Assembly (NCBI GenBank): GCA_049512935.1
Contig: JBEKWR010000023.1
Coordinates: 1-32,010, forward strand
Direction: 5' to 3'
Length of the DNA: 32,010 nucleotides
DNA from: Candidatus Bathyarchaeia archaeon
GTDB lineage: Archaea > Thermoproteota > Bathyarchaeia > Bathyarchaeales > Bathycorpusculaceae
Part shown: piece by piece, positions 1 through 9,835 of the stretch
How positions within the stretch are numbered: the stretch's first letter is position 1
Layout: every line of letters begins with the position of its first letter
Program-made: the position numbers and the translations under genes
Notes under the pieces: generated by a model
What the model was told of the DNA's origin: nothing
Seen by the model: the letters and a program-made list of their open reading frames with translations, nothing else
Databases searched by the model: none

Positions 1-104
1 CTTGCCCTCCAAAGTGGAAAAACAAAACCCAAGCAAACCGAACCCGCCGCCGAGAAAACCATCGCGCCCATAACCGACAATAACCTCAACATGCAGTCAA
101 CATT

Positions 105-236
105 GAAAGTCGCATCCCGCCAAAGCGAAAGTCGCAACGTTCAATCAGCCTCAAGCCCTAAACCAAAAAAGCAACCAGAAACGCAAACTGCCACCCGCGA
201 AAGTCGCAACTTATCCGTAGCAAAAGTCGCAACTTA
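105..236 (+). repeat. Four direct repeats of AAAGTCGCA(AC), in two pairs
   Basis: GAAAGTCGCA 105-114, GAAAGTCGCAAC 127-138, GAAAGTCGCAACTTA 199-213, AAAGTCGCAACTTA 223-236; spacing within pairs is 22-23 bp. Confidence 0.7.
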
Positions 237-464
237 AACTAGAAAAACACGAAAGCCAAAACCCGAAAAAAGGCGACGCGAAAGCGGGATAGCGTTTATT
301 AGGGTCGAAAACCATTTTTAGCATACCCAAAAAAGGGTCGAAGTCTTGTCATTAAACCAAGCATGCACTTGATTTAAACCCGCAACGACTTCGACGGCTT
401 ATCATTCAACTTATGTAAGAGTTGAAGAAAGCATACGCGTCAAAACAGAGGAGAAGTAACTTAA

Positions 465-863
465 GTGTCCACACCTAAAAAAACCATACTCGTTGTCGAT
501 GACGACAAATCAATACTTCGAACCTTCACACGCATCCTACAAAAAAGCGGCTACAACATCGACGTCGCCGAAACCGGCAAAGAAGCCATGGAAAAAGCTG
601 AAAACCAACACTACGACCTAGCACTAGTCGACATCAGACTCCCAGACATGGACGGAACAGACCTGCTTGCTAGACTCAAAAAGCAGCTACAGCACACAGT
701 CAAAATAATGATCACAGGATTCCCATCTCTGGAAACAGGCGTCAAAGCACTCGACGAAGGCGCAGACGCTTACCTGGTCAAACCAGTAAAACCACAAGAG
801 CTACTGCTTCTTCTAGAAGAAAAACTGAAAAACCGAGAAGAACCAGCCGATCTAAACAACTAG
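465..863 (+). CDS. Single-domain response regulator (REC/CheY-like)
   Basis: ILVVDDD, phospho-acceptor D in LVDIRLPDMDG, ITG, YLVKP; GAGGAG upstream of the GTG start. Confidence 0.93.
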   Translation: MSTPKKTILVVDDDKSILRTFTRILQKSGYNIDVAETGKEAMEKAENQHYDLALVDIRLPDMDGTDLLARLKKQLQHTVKIMITGFPSLETGVKALDEGADAYLVKPVKPQELLLLLEEKLKNREEPADLNN

Positions 864-951
864 AAAACGGCGCACCCGCCTAATCTTGATTTTCTACGCT
901 GAAATGGCTAAGCATCCTGAAAGATTCTGAATTGTAAAGTGAAAAACCTTC

Positions 952-3834
952 TCACTCGATGTATATCGCGGGTTGATAAGGCATGGCCGTTGTTGCACGG
1001 TTTTTGGGGTCATAACGATTCTGGTCGTCCTCGCAGTAAACCGAGACTTCAACGTTGAAGCGCTCCTTCAAAAAGCCGACGGCGCCAAGGAAGATTTCTT
1101 TCTCGTCTACGATTTTGATCTGTTGAATGTTCACTTTTCGTTCATTCGGCAGCCTAGTTAAAGACTTAATGACCCGAGGAACCATGCTTGCGACGTCCTT
1201 AATGTGAGGCTTTAAGTCCTTGTCAGCGGCGAATTCCTTCATTACCTCGCTGATCTTTGCCTCTCCAGACAGGGTTCTGTCTAAAACTTTTAGGTAAATC
1301 CGCCATTTCCATGACGTTGCAGTGTAGTAGCATACGCGTTTAGGAGTTATCTTCATTGCTTTCAGAATGTTAGAAGTATCCGAAATAACGTCGATTATCA
1401 GGTTCTCCTGTTCCTCCGCGATCACGTCCAATTTTGAGGCATCAAACACTGGCCAAGAAGCAACGCTGATGAAGCCCGCTTCACCCGTTTGGCTCCAAAG
1501 TTCCTCACATACAAAAGGCGCAAAGGGCGCAAGCATCTTAACCCAAACCTTCACCGCTTCAGCCAGCTCTTTAGCTTCGACGCCGCCTTTGCGTTGAATG
1601 TACCAGCGAATGTCATTCCAAGTTTCAAACAGTGCAACTTGCAGGGCAGTGCGGGTTTTAAGCTCTTCCAGGCTAGCCGTGACCTCCTTTATCCTGCGTT
1701 GAAGCTTGCTTTGCAGCCACCGTTCAAGCACCGTGCACTCTTCATGTTTTGCGGAAGCTATTATTCCGCTTGCAAAACCGTTTAGCGCTTCAAACTTGCT
1801 TTTCAGGTCGCTCACGTTGTCCGCTCGCCAGTCGGGGTCATCCATACCCTCCGCGCCTAAAAGCAACGCGCAGCGTGTGGCGTCGGCACCGTACTTTTCG
1901 ACGGCTCCCTTCATGGTTATGAAGTTGCCTTTGCTCTTGTGCATCTGTTTGCCTTCAACCATAAGCATCCCGTTTACGCCTATCGCTCTGGGCCAATGCT
2001 CAGGCGGGAAAAGGGCGGCGTGGTGGAAGATGCAAAAAGTCAGGTGGTTGGGCACAAGTTCCTTGGCTGAGTTTCTCAGGTCAAAGGGGTACCAGTACAA
2101 GAATTCGCTGCGCATCGAGTCAAGCAGAGAAGCTTTTATGCCGACTGCAGCTTCAAGCTGGGAAGCGTCGCCTTTGCCGTAGAAAACGTAGTCGAAAACG
2201 TCGGGCGTCAAGGCTTCTGGTTTGATGTTGCTTTGTTTTATGTGTTTGTTTATGGTGTAGAACGCCATGTAAACTGTGGAATCGCTAAGCGTCTCAATTA
2301 TCCATCCTTTCCCCCAGGGCAGTGGGGTCCCGAAGCCCGTGGTTCTGGCACAAGCCCATTCCCGCAGCCAGTCGATGACGGTGAAGAACCACGGTTTGGC
2401 TTGTTCAGGGTAAATCGTCATTTGAGCCACGACTTCTTTAGCTAACGCTTTCCACTGAGGGTCGGAGTAGTTGAGGAACCATTGGTCGGAGAGAATCTTC
2501 ACAATGCAAGTCGTCATGCATCGGCAAACAACAGGTTCAGGCAAATCGTACATCCTGTCGGCGACGCCCTGCTTGCGGAAATCGGCGATTAACCCGTCTT
2601 TGACTTCCCGAACGGTTTTTCCCGCGTAGGGTCCGCAGTTTTCTTTCAGTACTCCGCCGTGGAACTCTTTCTTGTACAGTTCTTTTGTGGCTTGGTCTGC
2701 TTTAGGGTCGTTCTGGTCTTTTATGCCCATTTGCCGAGTGATTTCAACCGCTGGGTACTCGCCGAAACCTGCAACTTTGATGATGGATATCGGCTTTATC
2801 TGCTTCACGACAGCTGGGTCCACGCCGAACTGCAAGAGAACCTCTGGCTTTTCCTGCAGGTCCTTGAGTGCTAGCCAATCGTACGGCGCATGAGCGGGAA
2901 CGCTGTAGACGACGCCGGTTGCGGTTTTAGGGTCGACAAACCAGCCTGGCAAAATCGGGAAAGTGCCTTTTGTGATGGGGTTTTGGAAGGTTTTGCCGAT
3001 GAGTTCCTTGCCTTTGAAGACGCGTTGAACCTGGACTTTCTTTTCTTGTTCTTTGAGTTTTTCAGCGGCTTCCTGGCTGATTATCCAGTTTTCTCCGTTT
3101 ACCGTTGCTTCAACGTAGGTGGCGTCGGGGTTTATCCACATGTTTGTGATGCCGTAGATCGTTTCAGGGCGGAAGGTCGCGGCTGGCAGAAAAGTGTTCT
3201 CGTCAAGCTTGTACTTGAGCAGGGTGTACTCTTCAGGGGTTACGCCTTCGCCGACTTGGCGGTCATGGTCGCCTGTGGGACTCTGATCTTTCGGGCACCA
3301 CACCACCGGGTGTGTTCCCCTTGTGACGTAGCCTTTTTCTTTGAGGTTCTTGTACTGCCACTCGATGAATTTCTGGTAAGTCGGCATGACCGTTGTGAAT
3401 TCGCGTCGCCAATCAACTGAGAAGCCTATGCCTTTAGCTGCTAGGCGCCCCTCGTTAGTGTAGTATTGAGCCATGTAGAAGGGGTCTACGAATTTTTTGA
3501 GTTCCGTTTCTGGCACGCCGTCGACTTCGCGGAGCACTTTAATGAATGCTTCGTCGCCCCGCGCGACGCGTTGGCTTGCTCCTAGAAGCGGCTGTCCAGT
3601 CCAGTGCCATGCCCAAGGCCACAGCACGTTGTAGCCTTGCATGCGTTTGAAGCGGGCGTAGGCGTCGACGCGTGAAGCCGTGAAGGTGTGTCCGACGTGC
3701 AGGGGGCCGTTCATGTAAGGATACGGGAAAGTCACCATTATCTTCTTTCTTTTCGGGTCTGGGTCGGCTTCGAAGATGCGGGCGGCTTCCCATTTGGCTT
3801 GCCATTTCTGCTCGATTTCCTTGGTTTGGCTCAT
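952..3834 (-). CDS. leuS: Leucine--tRNA ligase, archaeal type
   Basis: FPYPYMNGPLHVGH (HIGH motif), ATFRPET and TGVVYSVPAHAPYD editing-domain motifs, KMSKS-like QMHKSKGN, C-terminal AMPYQPAIYIE. Confidence 0.98.
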   Translation of the reverse strand: MSQTKEIEQKWQAKWEAARIFEADPDPKRKKIMVTFPYPYMNGPLHVGHTFTASRVDAYARFKRMQGYNVLWPWAWHWTGQPLLGASQRVARGDEAFIKVLREVDGVPETELKKFVDPFYMAQYYTNEGRLAAKGIGFSVDWRREFTTVMPTYQKFIEWQYKNLKEKGYVTRGTHPVVWCPKDQSPTGDHDRQVGEGVTPEEYTLLKYKLDENTFLPAATFRPETIYGITNMWINPDATYVEATVNGENWIISQEAAEKLKEQEKKVQVQRVFKGKELIGKTFQNPITKGTFPILPGWFVDPKTATGVVYSVPAHAPYDWLALKDLQEKPEVLLQFGVDPAVVKQIKPISIIKVAGFGEYPAVEITRQMGIKDQNDPKADQATKELYKKEFHGGVLKENCGPYAGKTVREVKDGLIADFRKQGVADRMYDLPEPVVCRCMTTCIVKILSDQWFLNYSDPQWKALAKEVVAQMTIYPEQAKPWFFTVIDWLREWACARTTGFGTPLPWGKGWIIETLSDSTVYMAFYTINKHIKQSNIKPEALTPDVFDYVFYGKGDASQLEAAVGIKASLLDSMRSEFLYWYPFDLRNSAKELVPNHLTFCIFHHAALFPPEHWPRAIGVNGMLMVEGKQMHKSKGNFITMKGAVEKYGADATRCALLLGAEGMDDPDWRADNVSDLKSKFEALNGFASGIIASAKHEECTVLERWLQSKLQRRIKEVTASLEELKTRTALQVALFETWNDIRWYIQRKGGVEAKELAEAVKVWVKMLAPFAPFVCEELWSQTGEAGFISVASWPVFDASKLDVIAEEQENLIIDVISDTSNILKAMKITPKRVCYYTATSWKWRIYLKVLDRTLSGEAKISEVMKEFAADKDLKPHIKDVASMVPRVIKSLTRLPNERKVNIQQIKIVDEKEIFLGAVGFLKERFNVEVSVYCEDDQNRYDPKNRATTAMPYQPAIYIE

Positions 3835-4057
3835 GAAACTTGTTGATTAGGCTGTTGGCTATTAAGAGTTTTGTTTTTTGTTGTTGCTGTGTTGGTTGTT
3901 TTTTTGGTGTGTTGGGTCAAGGTGTGTTGCGGTGAAAACGTGTGCAAATGAGGTTCAGGTGGTTGGCTTGCGGTGGTTGATTTCAAGGAAAATGGGTTGA
4001 GTGTGTAATAAACTCTTATGTACTTGTTTTTAGCTTACAGGGAAGCGGTGACGAAGT

Positions 4058-4435
4058 GTGTCAGATGCTGAGTCGAAGATTAAGCAGGATTTGTTTGTTG
4101 AGATCCAAAATTTAGAGCAGAATCACAGTGTCATTCGAAGTTTTATTTCGGGCAAAGATTACGATTCTTTAGCCATCGGCGGGACGCTTCAATCCTTCAA
4201 GGACAGCTTGAGCCGGGCCAGCGCGTTCGTTCTTGCATTGTACAATTTGAAAGGCAAGCGGGTCAGCATTCCGTGGGAACCTCTGTTTACGAGTTTGGAT
4301 TATGCGTTGGCGACGCTTGCGGTTTCTTCTTCGGTGAAGCAGAAGGTTGCGGTGCGGACGATTTTGTTGATGTCTGAGGAGCAGATGGAGCAGGTTCTGT
4401 CGTATTTTGCGGCGCTCAAGGAATCGTTGAAGTAG
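4058..4435 (+). CDS. Hypothetical helical protein
   Basis: 125-aa ORF with GGTGA RBS-like element upstream and a T-rich tract downstream; no recognisable motif. Confidence 0.7.
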   Translation: MSDAESKIKQDLFVEIQNLEQNHSVIRSFISGKDYDSLAIGGTLQSFKDSLSRASAFVLALYNLKGKRVSIPWEPLFTSLDYALATLAVSSSVKQKVAVRTILLMSEEQMEQVLSYFAALKESLK

Positions 4436-4664
4436 CCCGCGTTGAAACCCTTTTTACTTTGGTTTTTTCATGTAAATACTAGGTACCCTTCTATGGTCGG
4501 CTAAGAATTAAACCCATATTTACAATGGAATTTTGATGTAAATACTAGACCCCCTCTCTGCTCTCGTCGCCAGTCAGGGCTTGTTTTGGGCTGGTTTTTT
4601 GGTTTGGGGCTTGCCTGTGCAAGATAGAAGCCTAAAGAGCCCCTGAAATGGGCGAAGTTGAGGC

Positions 4665-4796
4665 TTAGGTGTTTGTTCGTTTTTTTCGGGTGTACCACCA
4701 GTCGTAAACGTGGGCGAAACCGTAGGCGAGAATGATCATGCCTGCGAAGAATGATGCGTCTGCAACGGCGAGGTCAAGGTTTGTTGGGTTTATCAT
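4665..4796 (-). CDS. Small single-pass membrane protein (43 aa), not in the ORF track
   Basis: MINPTNLDLAVADASFFAGMIILAYGFAHVYDWWYTRKKRTNT; hydrophobic stretch then basic tail; GAGG RBS and TTTTAAG TATA-like element upstream. Confidence 0.6.
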   Translation of the reverse strand: MINPTNLDLAVADASFFAGMIILAYGFAHVYDWWYTRKKRTNT

Positions 4797-4893
4797 GGGT
4801 TTTCCTCGTGTTGTGGTGCTTAAAAGAATTATTTCAGAAGCCAGCTACTTTTTGAGCGAACCTTCGCAGCTCGGGTTCGGTGCCGTTTGGAGT

Positions 4894-5241
4894 TCATTTG
4901 ATTTTCTTGTACTCATCCATTAAGTCGTTGAGTTGAGCGAACAATTCGAGAAACCGGTAGCCCTTTTCCGTTGTGACGTACCTGTTGACGTTTTTCTCAA
5001 GCAGACCTTGAGCGGTTAAAGAACTGATTTGCCGTTTCAGCTGGCCATAGTTCAGGTTCGCGTTGTACATGATGCTGGTTTTGCTCTTTTGTTCTTCGCA
5101 GAAAAGCAGAATTTCAGCTATGATATCCAATTTTCCTCTTCTTGCGCCTCTGGTAATGTTCCATTCTTTTTCGTGCTTTAGAAGAGCAAACTGGAGTTCT
5201 TGCGAGTTCAGCTTCGCGGCTCCGAGCGAACTGCTGGTCAA
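4894..5241 (-). CDS. Winged-HTH transcriptional regulator (archaeal COG3432-like)
   Basis: RRGKLDIIAEIL...KTSIMYNANLNY...YVTTEKG pattern. Confidence 0.85.
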   Translation of the reverse strand: MTSSSLGAAKLNSQELQFALLKHEKEWNITRGARRGKLDIIAEILLFCEEQKSKTSIMYNANLNYGQLKRQISSLTAQGLLEKNVNRYVTTEKGYRFLELFAQLNDLMDEYKKIK

Positions 5242-5395
5242 GTTACCTTCTCCATGCTTAATTGACTATGGGCTTCTAGAGTTCATAAATCGATGTGGTT
5301 GTGCATGAACAGTAACATTCAATCAGGCAACCGATTTACCCGTAACGCTTTAAATAATAAAACAAAGGATAAAATCATCACGAAGGAAACGAAAA

Positions 5396-5821
5396 ATGCT
5401 TGAGCGTTTGCTGCTTTACTCTGATGGGGGCGCAAGAGGAAATCCTGGACCCGCCGCCATCGCGTATCTTGCCATGACGGAAGCAGGGCAGGTCATCAAG
5501 GCGGATTCACGCTTCATCGGCGAGGCAACCAACAATCAGGCAGAGTACAACGCGTTGATAGCCGCACTGGAGTTTGCTAAAGCCTTCAAAGCCGAAGAAG
5601 TCACCTGCCACCTTGACAGTGAACTGGTTGGAAAGCAGCTAAAAGGCGAATACAGCATAAAAAACCCCGAGCTGCGCAAACTGTGGCGAAAAGCCGTAGA
5701 ATTGAAAGGCTGCTTTAAGAAAATCTGTTTTGTTAACGTTCCCCGAAGCAACCCTTACATTGAAAGAGCAGATGCACTTGTGAACAAAACTTTAGATGAA
5801 GAAGCAAAAAAGCACCAGTAG
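5396..5821 (+). CDS. rnhA: Ribonuclease HI
   Basis: DGGARGNPG, TNNQAEY, DSELV, ADALVN catalytic motifs. Confidence 0.95.
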   Translation: MLERLLLYSDGGARGNPGPAAIAYLAMTEAGQVIKADSRFIGEATNNQAEYNALIAALEFAKAFKAEEVTCHLDSELVGKQLKGEYSIKNPELRKLWRKAVELKGCFKKICFVNVPRSNPYIERADALVNKTLDEEAKKHQ

Positions 5822-6093
5822 CTAAAGGATTTGCCAGCATTATTCGGGTTCCAATTAGTGTGCCGCAGTTATCGCAGATGAAACTGACTTCAGCGACGCG
5901 CTCGTTAGACTAAATCAAAAAACAAAGCGTCACAAAAAAAATCTAAGGCTCCAAAACCAATTTTCTTCCTTTTGCCATACTGTTCTTATCAACTAGAAGT
6001 CTGATGTAATCTGGTATGGTGTGATTGGTTTCTTTAGCCTGCTTCTCGAGGTAACTATAGACGTTATCTGTGACGTGTACCGTTCGATAACCT

Positions 6094-6498
6094 TTACGTG
6101 GCACACGTTTTCCCCCTTATTGAGCGTGCTTCTTTCTTGCTTTCTACAATCTTGCGTATTGCATTCGCCAATTCACTATAGACCGCTTCAGGAGAACTGT
6201 TCTTGTTGATGTAATGATCCGCACCTAAGTTTAGTGCTCTGATCGCAACTTCTTCTCTGCCTCTGCCCGTGAAAACGATGAATGCAATGTTGTTTTCTTG
6301 TTCCCTGAGCTCCTTCAAAAAATCTAAACCGTTTTTTATGGGCATTTCGTAGTCGCAGACAATAGCATCATAAGATTGCGTTTGCAGTTTGAAGAAAGCG
6401 TCATCAACCGAGGTTGCTGTGTCAATCTCAAACTTGTTTTCCAACTCCAAAATCATCTTCGAAACTTCCAAGAAACAAGCGTCATCATCAACATGCAA
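6094..6498 (-). CDS. Response regulator receiver protein; true start probably further upstream
   Basis: (LHI)LHVDDD, CDYEMP, FTGRGREEVAIRALNLGADHYINK; frame stays open to the stop at 6628-6630. Confidence 0.85.
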   Translation of the reverse strand: MHVDDDACFLEVSKMILELENKFEIDTATSVDDAFFKLQTQSYDAIVCDYEMPIKNGLDFLKELREQENNIAFIVFTGRGREEVAIRALNLGADHYINKNSSPEAVYSELANAIRKIVESKKEARSIRGKTCAT

Positions 6499-6832
6499 AA
6501 TATGCAGAGATTCCTGTTGAAAAGAATCCTCCGTCCGAATCTTTTCCTTTTCTTCTTTGAAAACTTTGCTTTCAGGAAAAGGATTATGTTTCTCTCGCGG
6601 GTTTTTTTTCGTTCGAAGCCGCCTTTCCTAGAGAACTTAAGGACGAGTGTATAATTAATATTTACCGCGTGATACAAAGACATATGTTTTTGACATTTTA
6701 TAAAACAAACGTCACAAAAAATGATTATTTTTGCAAGTCTCTTTCGATATTCAATTGAAACAAGGTGAAGGCGAAAATGCAACATCTTTTAAGCAACTTA
6801 TTGAGAAATATAAGCACGTGCGAGGTGCCGTC

Positions 6833-7285
6833 TTGTCAGTTGTTTTGGATGAATTGGACAAGAAGATTCTTCATGAAATCTGCAGCGGGATTCATTCTTA
6901 TGATGATTTGGCTAAAACCTTGAATGTGACAAGGGGAACGATTTACAGAAGAATAGAAAAGCTGGAAAAAAACAATTTCATTGAAAAGAAAATCATGGCA
7001 ATACCAAACTATAAGGTCCTTAATCTCTCCAGTATAATTATTGGCATGGAGGTGGCTTACGATGACACGGAAAAAGTGACGGAAGCCCTCAAGCAGCTGC
7101 CGCAGATTAAGCTTCTTTGGAAATGCTACGGCGTTCACAATATAATCGCAGTTATGAATTGCGAAAAGGGCAGTGAGGGAGAAACGATAACTAATTTGCG
7201 TCAGCTTCTCTCAAAGCTTAGAATTGACTCAGTCCATGTATCTGTCGGTTTTGAGTGGGACAAAGTAGAAATTTCGCCCTATTGA
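6833..7285 (+). CDS. Lrp/AsnC family transcriptional regulator
   Basis: LDELDKKILHEI...LAKTLNVTRGTIYRRIEKLE HTH plus RAM-like domain; start moved to TTG 6833, which follows a GAGGTG RBS. Confidence 0.9.
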   Translation: MSVVLDELDKKILHEICSGIHSYDDLAKTLNVTRGTIYRRIEKLEKNNFIEKKIMAIPNYKVLNLSSIIIGMEVAYDDTEKVTEALKQLPQIKLLWKCYGVHNIIAVMNCEKGSEGETITNLRQLLSKLRIDSVHVSVGFEWDKVEISPY

Positions 7286-7579
7286 AGAACTTGGGTTTGT
7301 GCGCATGGTTGCTCCTAATTGAACGTGTTCGTCGAGTTAGTTGTTCATGACAACGAATTTACTGAAGTGCCCCTTGTCGATAGAGGTGGAGTAGTATCAG
7401 AACGGACGCCCCCTGCTATTCCTGCAAACTTGACGTTAAATCAAGCTTCACAAAAAAATTGTTGCCTGCCGTAACTTCGACATTGAGTTTCCACGGTGAG
7501 GTGATGGATTATTCCAAAAAACAAAGGGGATATAACAAACCCCGCGTTAGTAAACATAAGGAACGTGAGATGAGAAACC

Positions 7580-7966
7580 GTGTTTGTTCATGCAAGCATT
7601 CGTTCAAGTAACCTTGAGAGGACAATCGATTTTTACACAAGGCTTTTAGGCTTGAAAGTTTTGACCCGGCGAGAAATCAAGCAGACGAACGCTGAAATCG
7701 TTTTTCTTCAAGACCCGAAGGGTGAAGGGTGCACGCTTGAGTTGACTTTTTACCGTGACCAAAAGAAGTTCAGGCAGCCTGAGTATGAAGAGCGATTGTT
7801 TGACCATTTAGGCTTCGCCGTGTCGGATATGAGCCGCACCATCGCTGCGATGCGAAAGGAAAAGGTGACCATCACCGATGAGCCTTTCAAGCTGGGGTCA
7901 GACGGGCCGACGATAGCCTTCGTTGAAGACCCAGATGGAACGCTCATAGAGTTAATTGAACGATAA
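7580..7966 (+). CDS. VOC family / lactoylglutathione lyase-like protein
   Basis: HASIR, LELT, DHLGF, FVEDPDGTLIELIE metal-ligand motifs. Confidence 0.92.
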   Translation: MFVHASIRSSNLERTIDFYTRLLGLKVLTRREIKQTNAEIVFLQDPKGEGCTLELTFYRDQKKFRQPEYEERLFDHLGFAVSDMSRTIAAMRKEKVTITDEPFKLGSDGPTIAFVEDPDGTLIELIER

Positions 7967-8416
7967 TCCGAAGGCTGACACCGACGTTGCTCTTACCTTT
8001 TTTAGACGCGGTTGGCAGAAAAATCTCGATTTCTTCACTTTTGTGGCTAAAGATGTTCTTGACCGACGCACTTCTTCGTTACTAGTACAATTATTGAATA
8101 AGAACGCACCGTTCTCCATCTAAATTTGCCTTTTTCCATTGAAAAAATACCTCTTTTGGAATTATCATTGGCTAAAAAATTTACGTAAAATATTTAAGTT
8201 GAAACGAATACAGGGGTGGTGCGCGAGAGGGTAAGCATGCCCTTCCTTGCGTAAAAATCGTCAAAAATGAAGGGAGAAGAGAAAGGGCTGAGAAGGCTCT
8301 GATTAAATTTACCGTCGGTCAAAATAGCCAGCGGTTTGGAAGTAACCATTTGCAATTGGTCTTTCTCCTTAAAGCTCAGGGCCTCAGCAAACCTCCCAAA
8401 AAACGCTTTTTGACGG

Positions 8417-8722
8417 CTAAAGGTTGATCATGATTTCGTTGTTTTCGACTTTTATTTCGTATGCGGGTTCGCCTTTCTTTGTTGGTCCTTTAGTAAAGTT
8501 GCCTGTTTTAAGGTCGTAGATGGATCCGTGGCACGGGCACACTACTGTTTCGCCCACGAGTTTCCCCTTGGAAAGCAGGCAGCCTCTGTGCATGCACTTA
8601 TCGCCGATGGCATAGTACTTCCCGTTCACGTTTGCCAGCAATATCTTCTGGTCGTTGACTGTAAACCCCATCATACTGTTAGGTTTGACATCGTTTGTTG
8701 AAGCTAACTTCATAAATCCCAT
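8417..8722 (-). CDS. Rieske [2Fe-2S] ferredoxin
   Basis: CMH...CPCHGSIYD Rieske motif. Confidence 0.93.
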   Translation of the reverse strand: MGFMKLASTNDVKPNSMMGFTVNDQKILLANVNGKYYAIGDKCMHRGCLLSKGKLVGETVVCPCHGSIYDLKTGNFTKGPTKKGEPAYEIKVENNEIMINL

Positions 8723-8931
8723 AACATTTCGCCTCCCTAAAACTCGAAGTTAACTATGAATGCTGACTGAATTATGTTTTTTGGTTAACCATTTTGATAG
8801 TTGCAACAATGGCTGGGTTGTTGCGCTTTTGTTTTTGGGGTTTGGGCAGAACTTAGCTTGACTTAAAGCGGAAAGGGCAGGAACGTAAAATTCGTTTAAG
8901 ACTCAGAATCGAAAACAAGTTCATCTTGGAG

Positions 8932-9126
8932 TCATGAGGGTTTATTTTTGTTTTCATGCTTTTTTTCTTCGCTCACGAGTTGTGCCAGACGGTAAGTTAC
9001 GTAGGCTGAGAAGCTTCGGATGCCCCTTTTTATCGTGTATTCATCCTTTACTTTAAGCCATTCGCTAAAGAAGTAATCGTAGACTTCAGCTTTCACCGTG
9101 ATGCTTTTGTAGCCTCTCTTCGGCGT
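8932..9126 (-). CDS. Small ribbon-helix-helix-like protein (64 aa) with probable ACG start, not in the ORF track
   Basis: (M)PKRGYKSITVKAEVYDYFFSEW...GIRSFSAYVTYRL; GAGGGAG upstream; no ATG/GTG/TTG before the KSITV strand. Confidence 0.6.
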   Translation of the reverse strand, partial: TPKRGYKSITVKAEVYDYFFSEWLKVKDEYTIKRGIRSFSAYVTYRLAQLVSEEKKHENKNKPS

Positions 9127-9359
9127 TATTACGCTCCCTCTGAATCTGAACGTAGATTAACGGACGTACATTTAAGGCTTCAGAATAAACCCGACAAAAA
9201 CTGTCAATGCGAATGATTTAGCGTGTGTGGAACATGCCATAGAAGAGAACAAAGAAAAAAGGCTAATGCGCCATCTACAAACCCGCGGACGAAACCCGCA
9301 TTAGAACCATCCAGAGAAAACGCTTGAACATGCAGGCGCAATTCCGCGTTAAAGCCAGT

Positions 9360-9764
9360 TTACTTCAGTTTGGCATGCTCGGCTTTGAAAGAGGCGTTGT
9401 ACGTTCTTTTGCCGACGTCGTTAAAGGCGCACGTCACTTTCCCAGTCAACCTGACCCCTCTCAGACGCCGCAGATCCCTTGTCATATCAGGCTCCGTGTC
9501 GTCAAACCAGCACATGACGTAGCGGTCAACCGCGCCCTCCGACGACGAAAGGTAATCAGCGTCACCCATCAGAGTAAAAAAATCTTCAAGGCTGCCAGCT
9601 ACTCCGCCGCCGTCCACGCGGTTCAAAACGATTTTTCGCGCCTTAACAACCACGAACGGGTCTATCTCCGGGTCGTCGCGCTCCTTGAAAATGCAGACAA
9701 CAGGCTTTTTCCAAACAAGCTCGGACAAAACCTTTTCCCTCAAAGTAGCCTTACCCAGCGGCAT
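9360..9764 (-). CDS. Hypothetical protein
   Basis: 134-aa ATG ORF with globular-protein-like composition, divergent from the M50 gene. Confidence 0.7.
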   Translation of the reverse strand: MPLGKATLREKVLSELVWKKPVVCIFKERDDPEIDPFVVVKARKIVLNRVDGGGVAGSLEDFFTLMGDADYLSSSEGAVDRYVMCWFDDTEPDMTRDLRRLRGVRLTGKVTCAFNDVGKRTYNASFKAEHAKLK

Positions 9765-9835
9765 TATTTAATTGTATTGCAAAACTGGCTGAGCATCGAA
9801 AATTTAAAAAGCAAAACTTCGCCTTCTTGTTAGCC

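Noticed and set aside
973-3805. Many antisense or alternate-frame ORFs within leuS (and likewise in PMM, MFS, M50, xpf and tuf)
   Set aside because: Shadow ORFs of well-supported genes, with no motifs.
3840-3990. Strongly G/T-skewed low-complexity tract (mirrored by A/C tracts at 1-270 and 28440-28490)
   Set aside because: No defined repeat unit; appears to be a general intergenic compositional feature.
5825-5980. Minus-strand CDNCG zinc-ribbon-like fragment
   Set aside because: No intact start-to-stop frame; at most an eroded remnant.
8217-8231. TGGTGCGCGAGAGGG, resembling a tRNA 3' end on the minus strand
   Set aside because: Only about 15 nt, with no T-loop and no cognate tRNA in the window.
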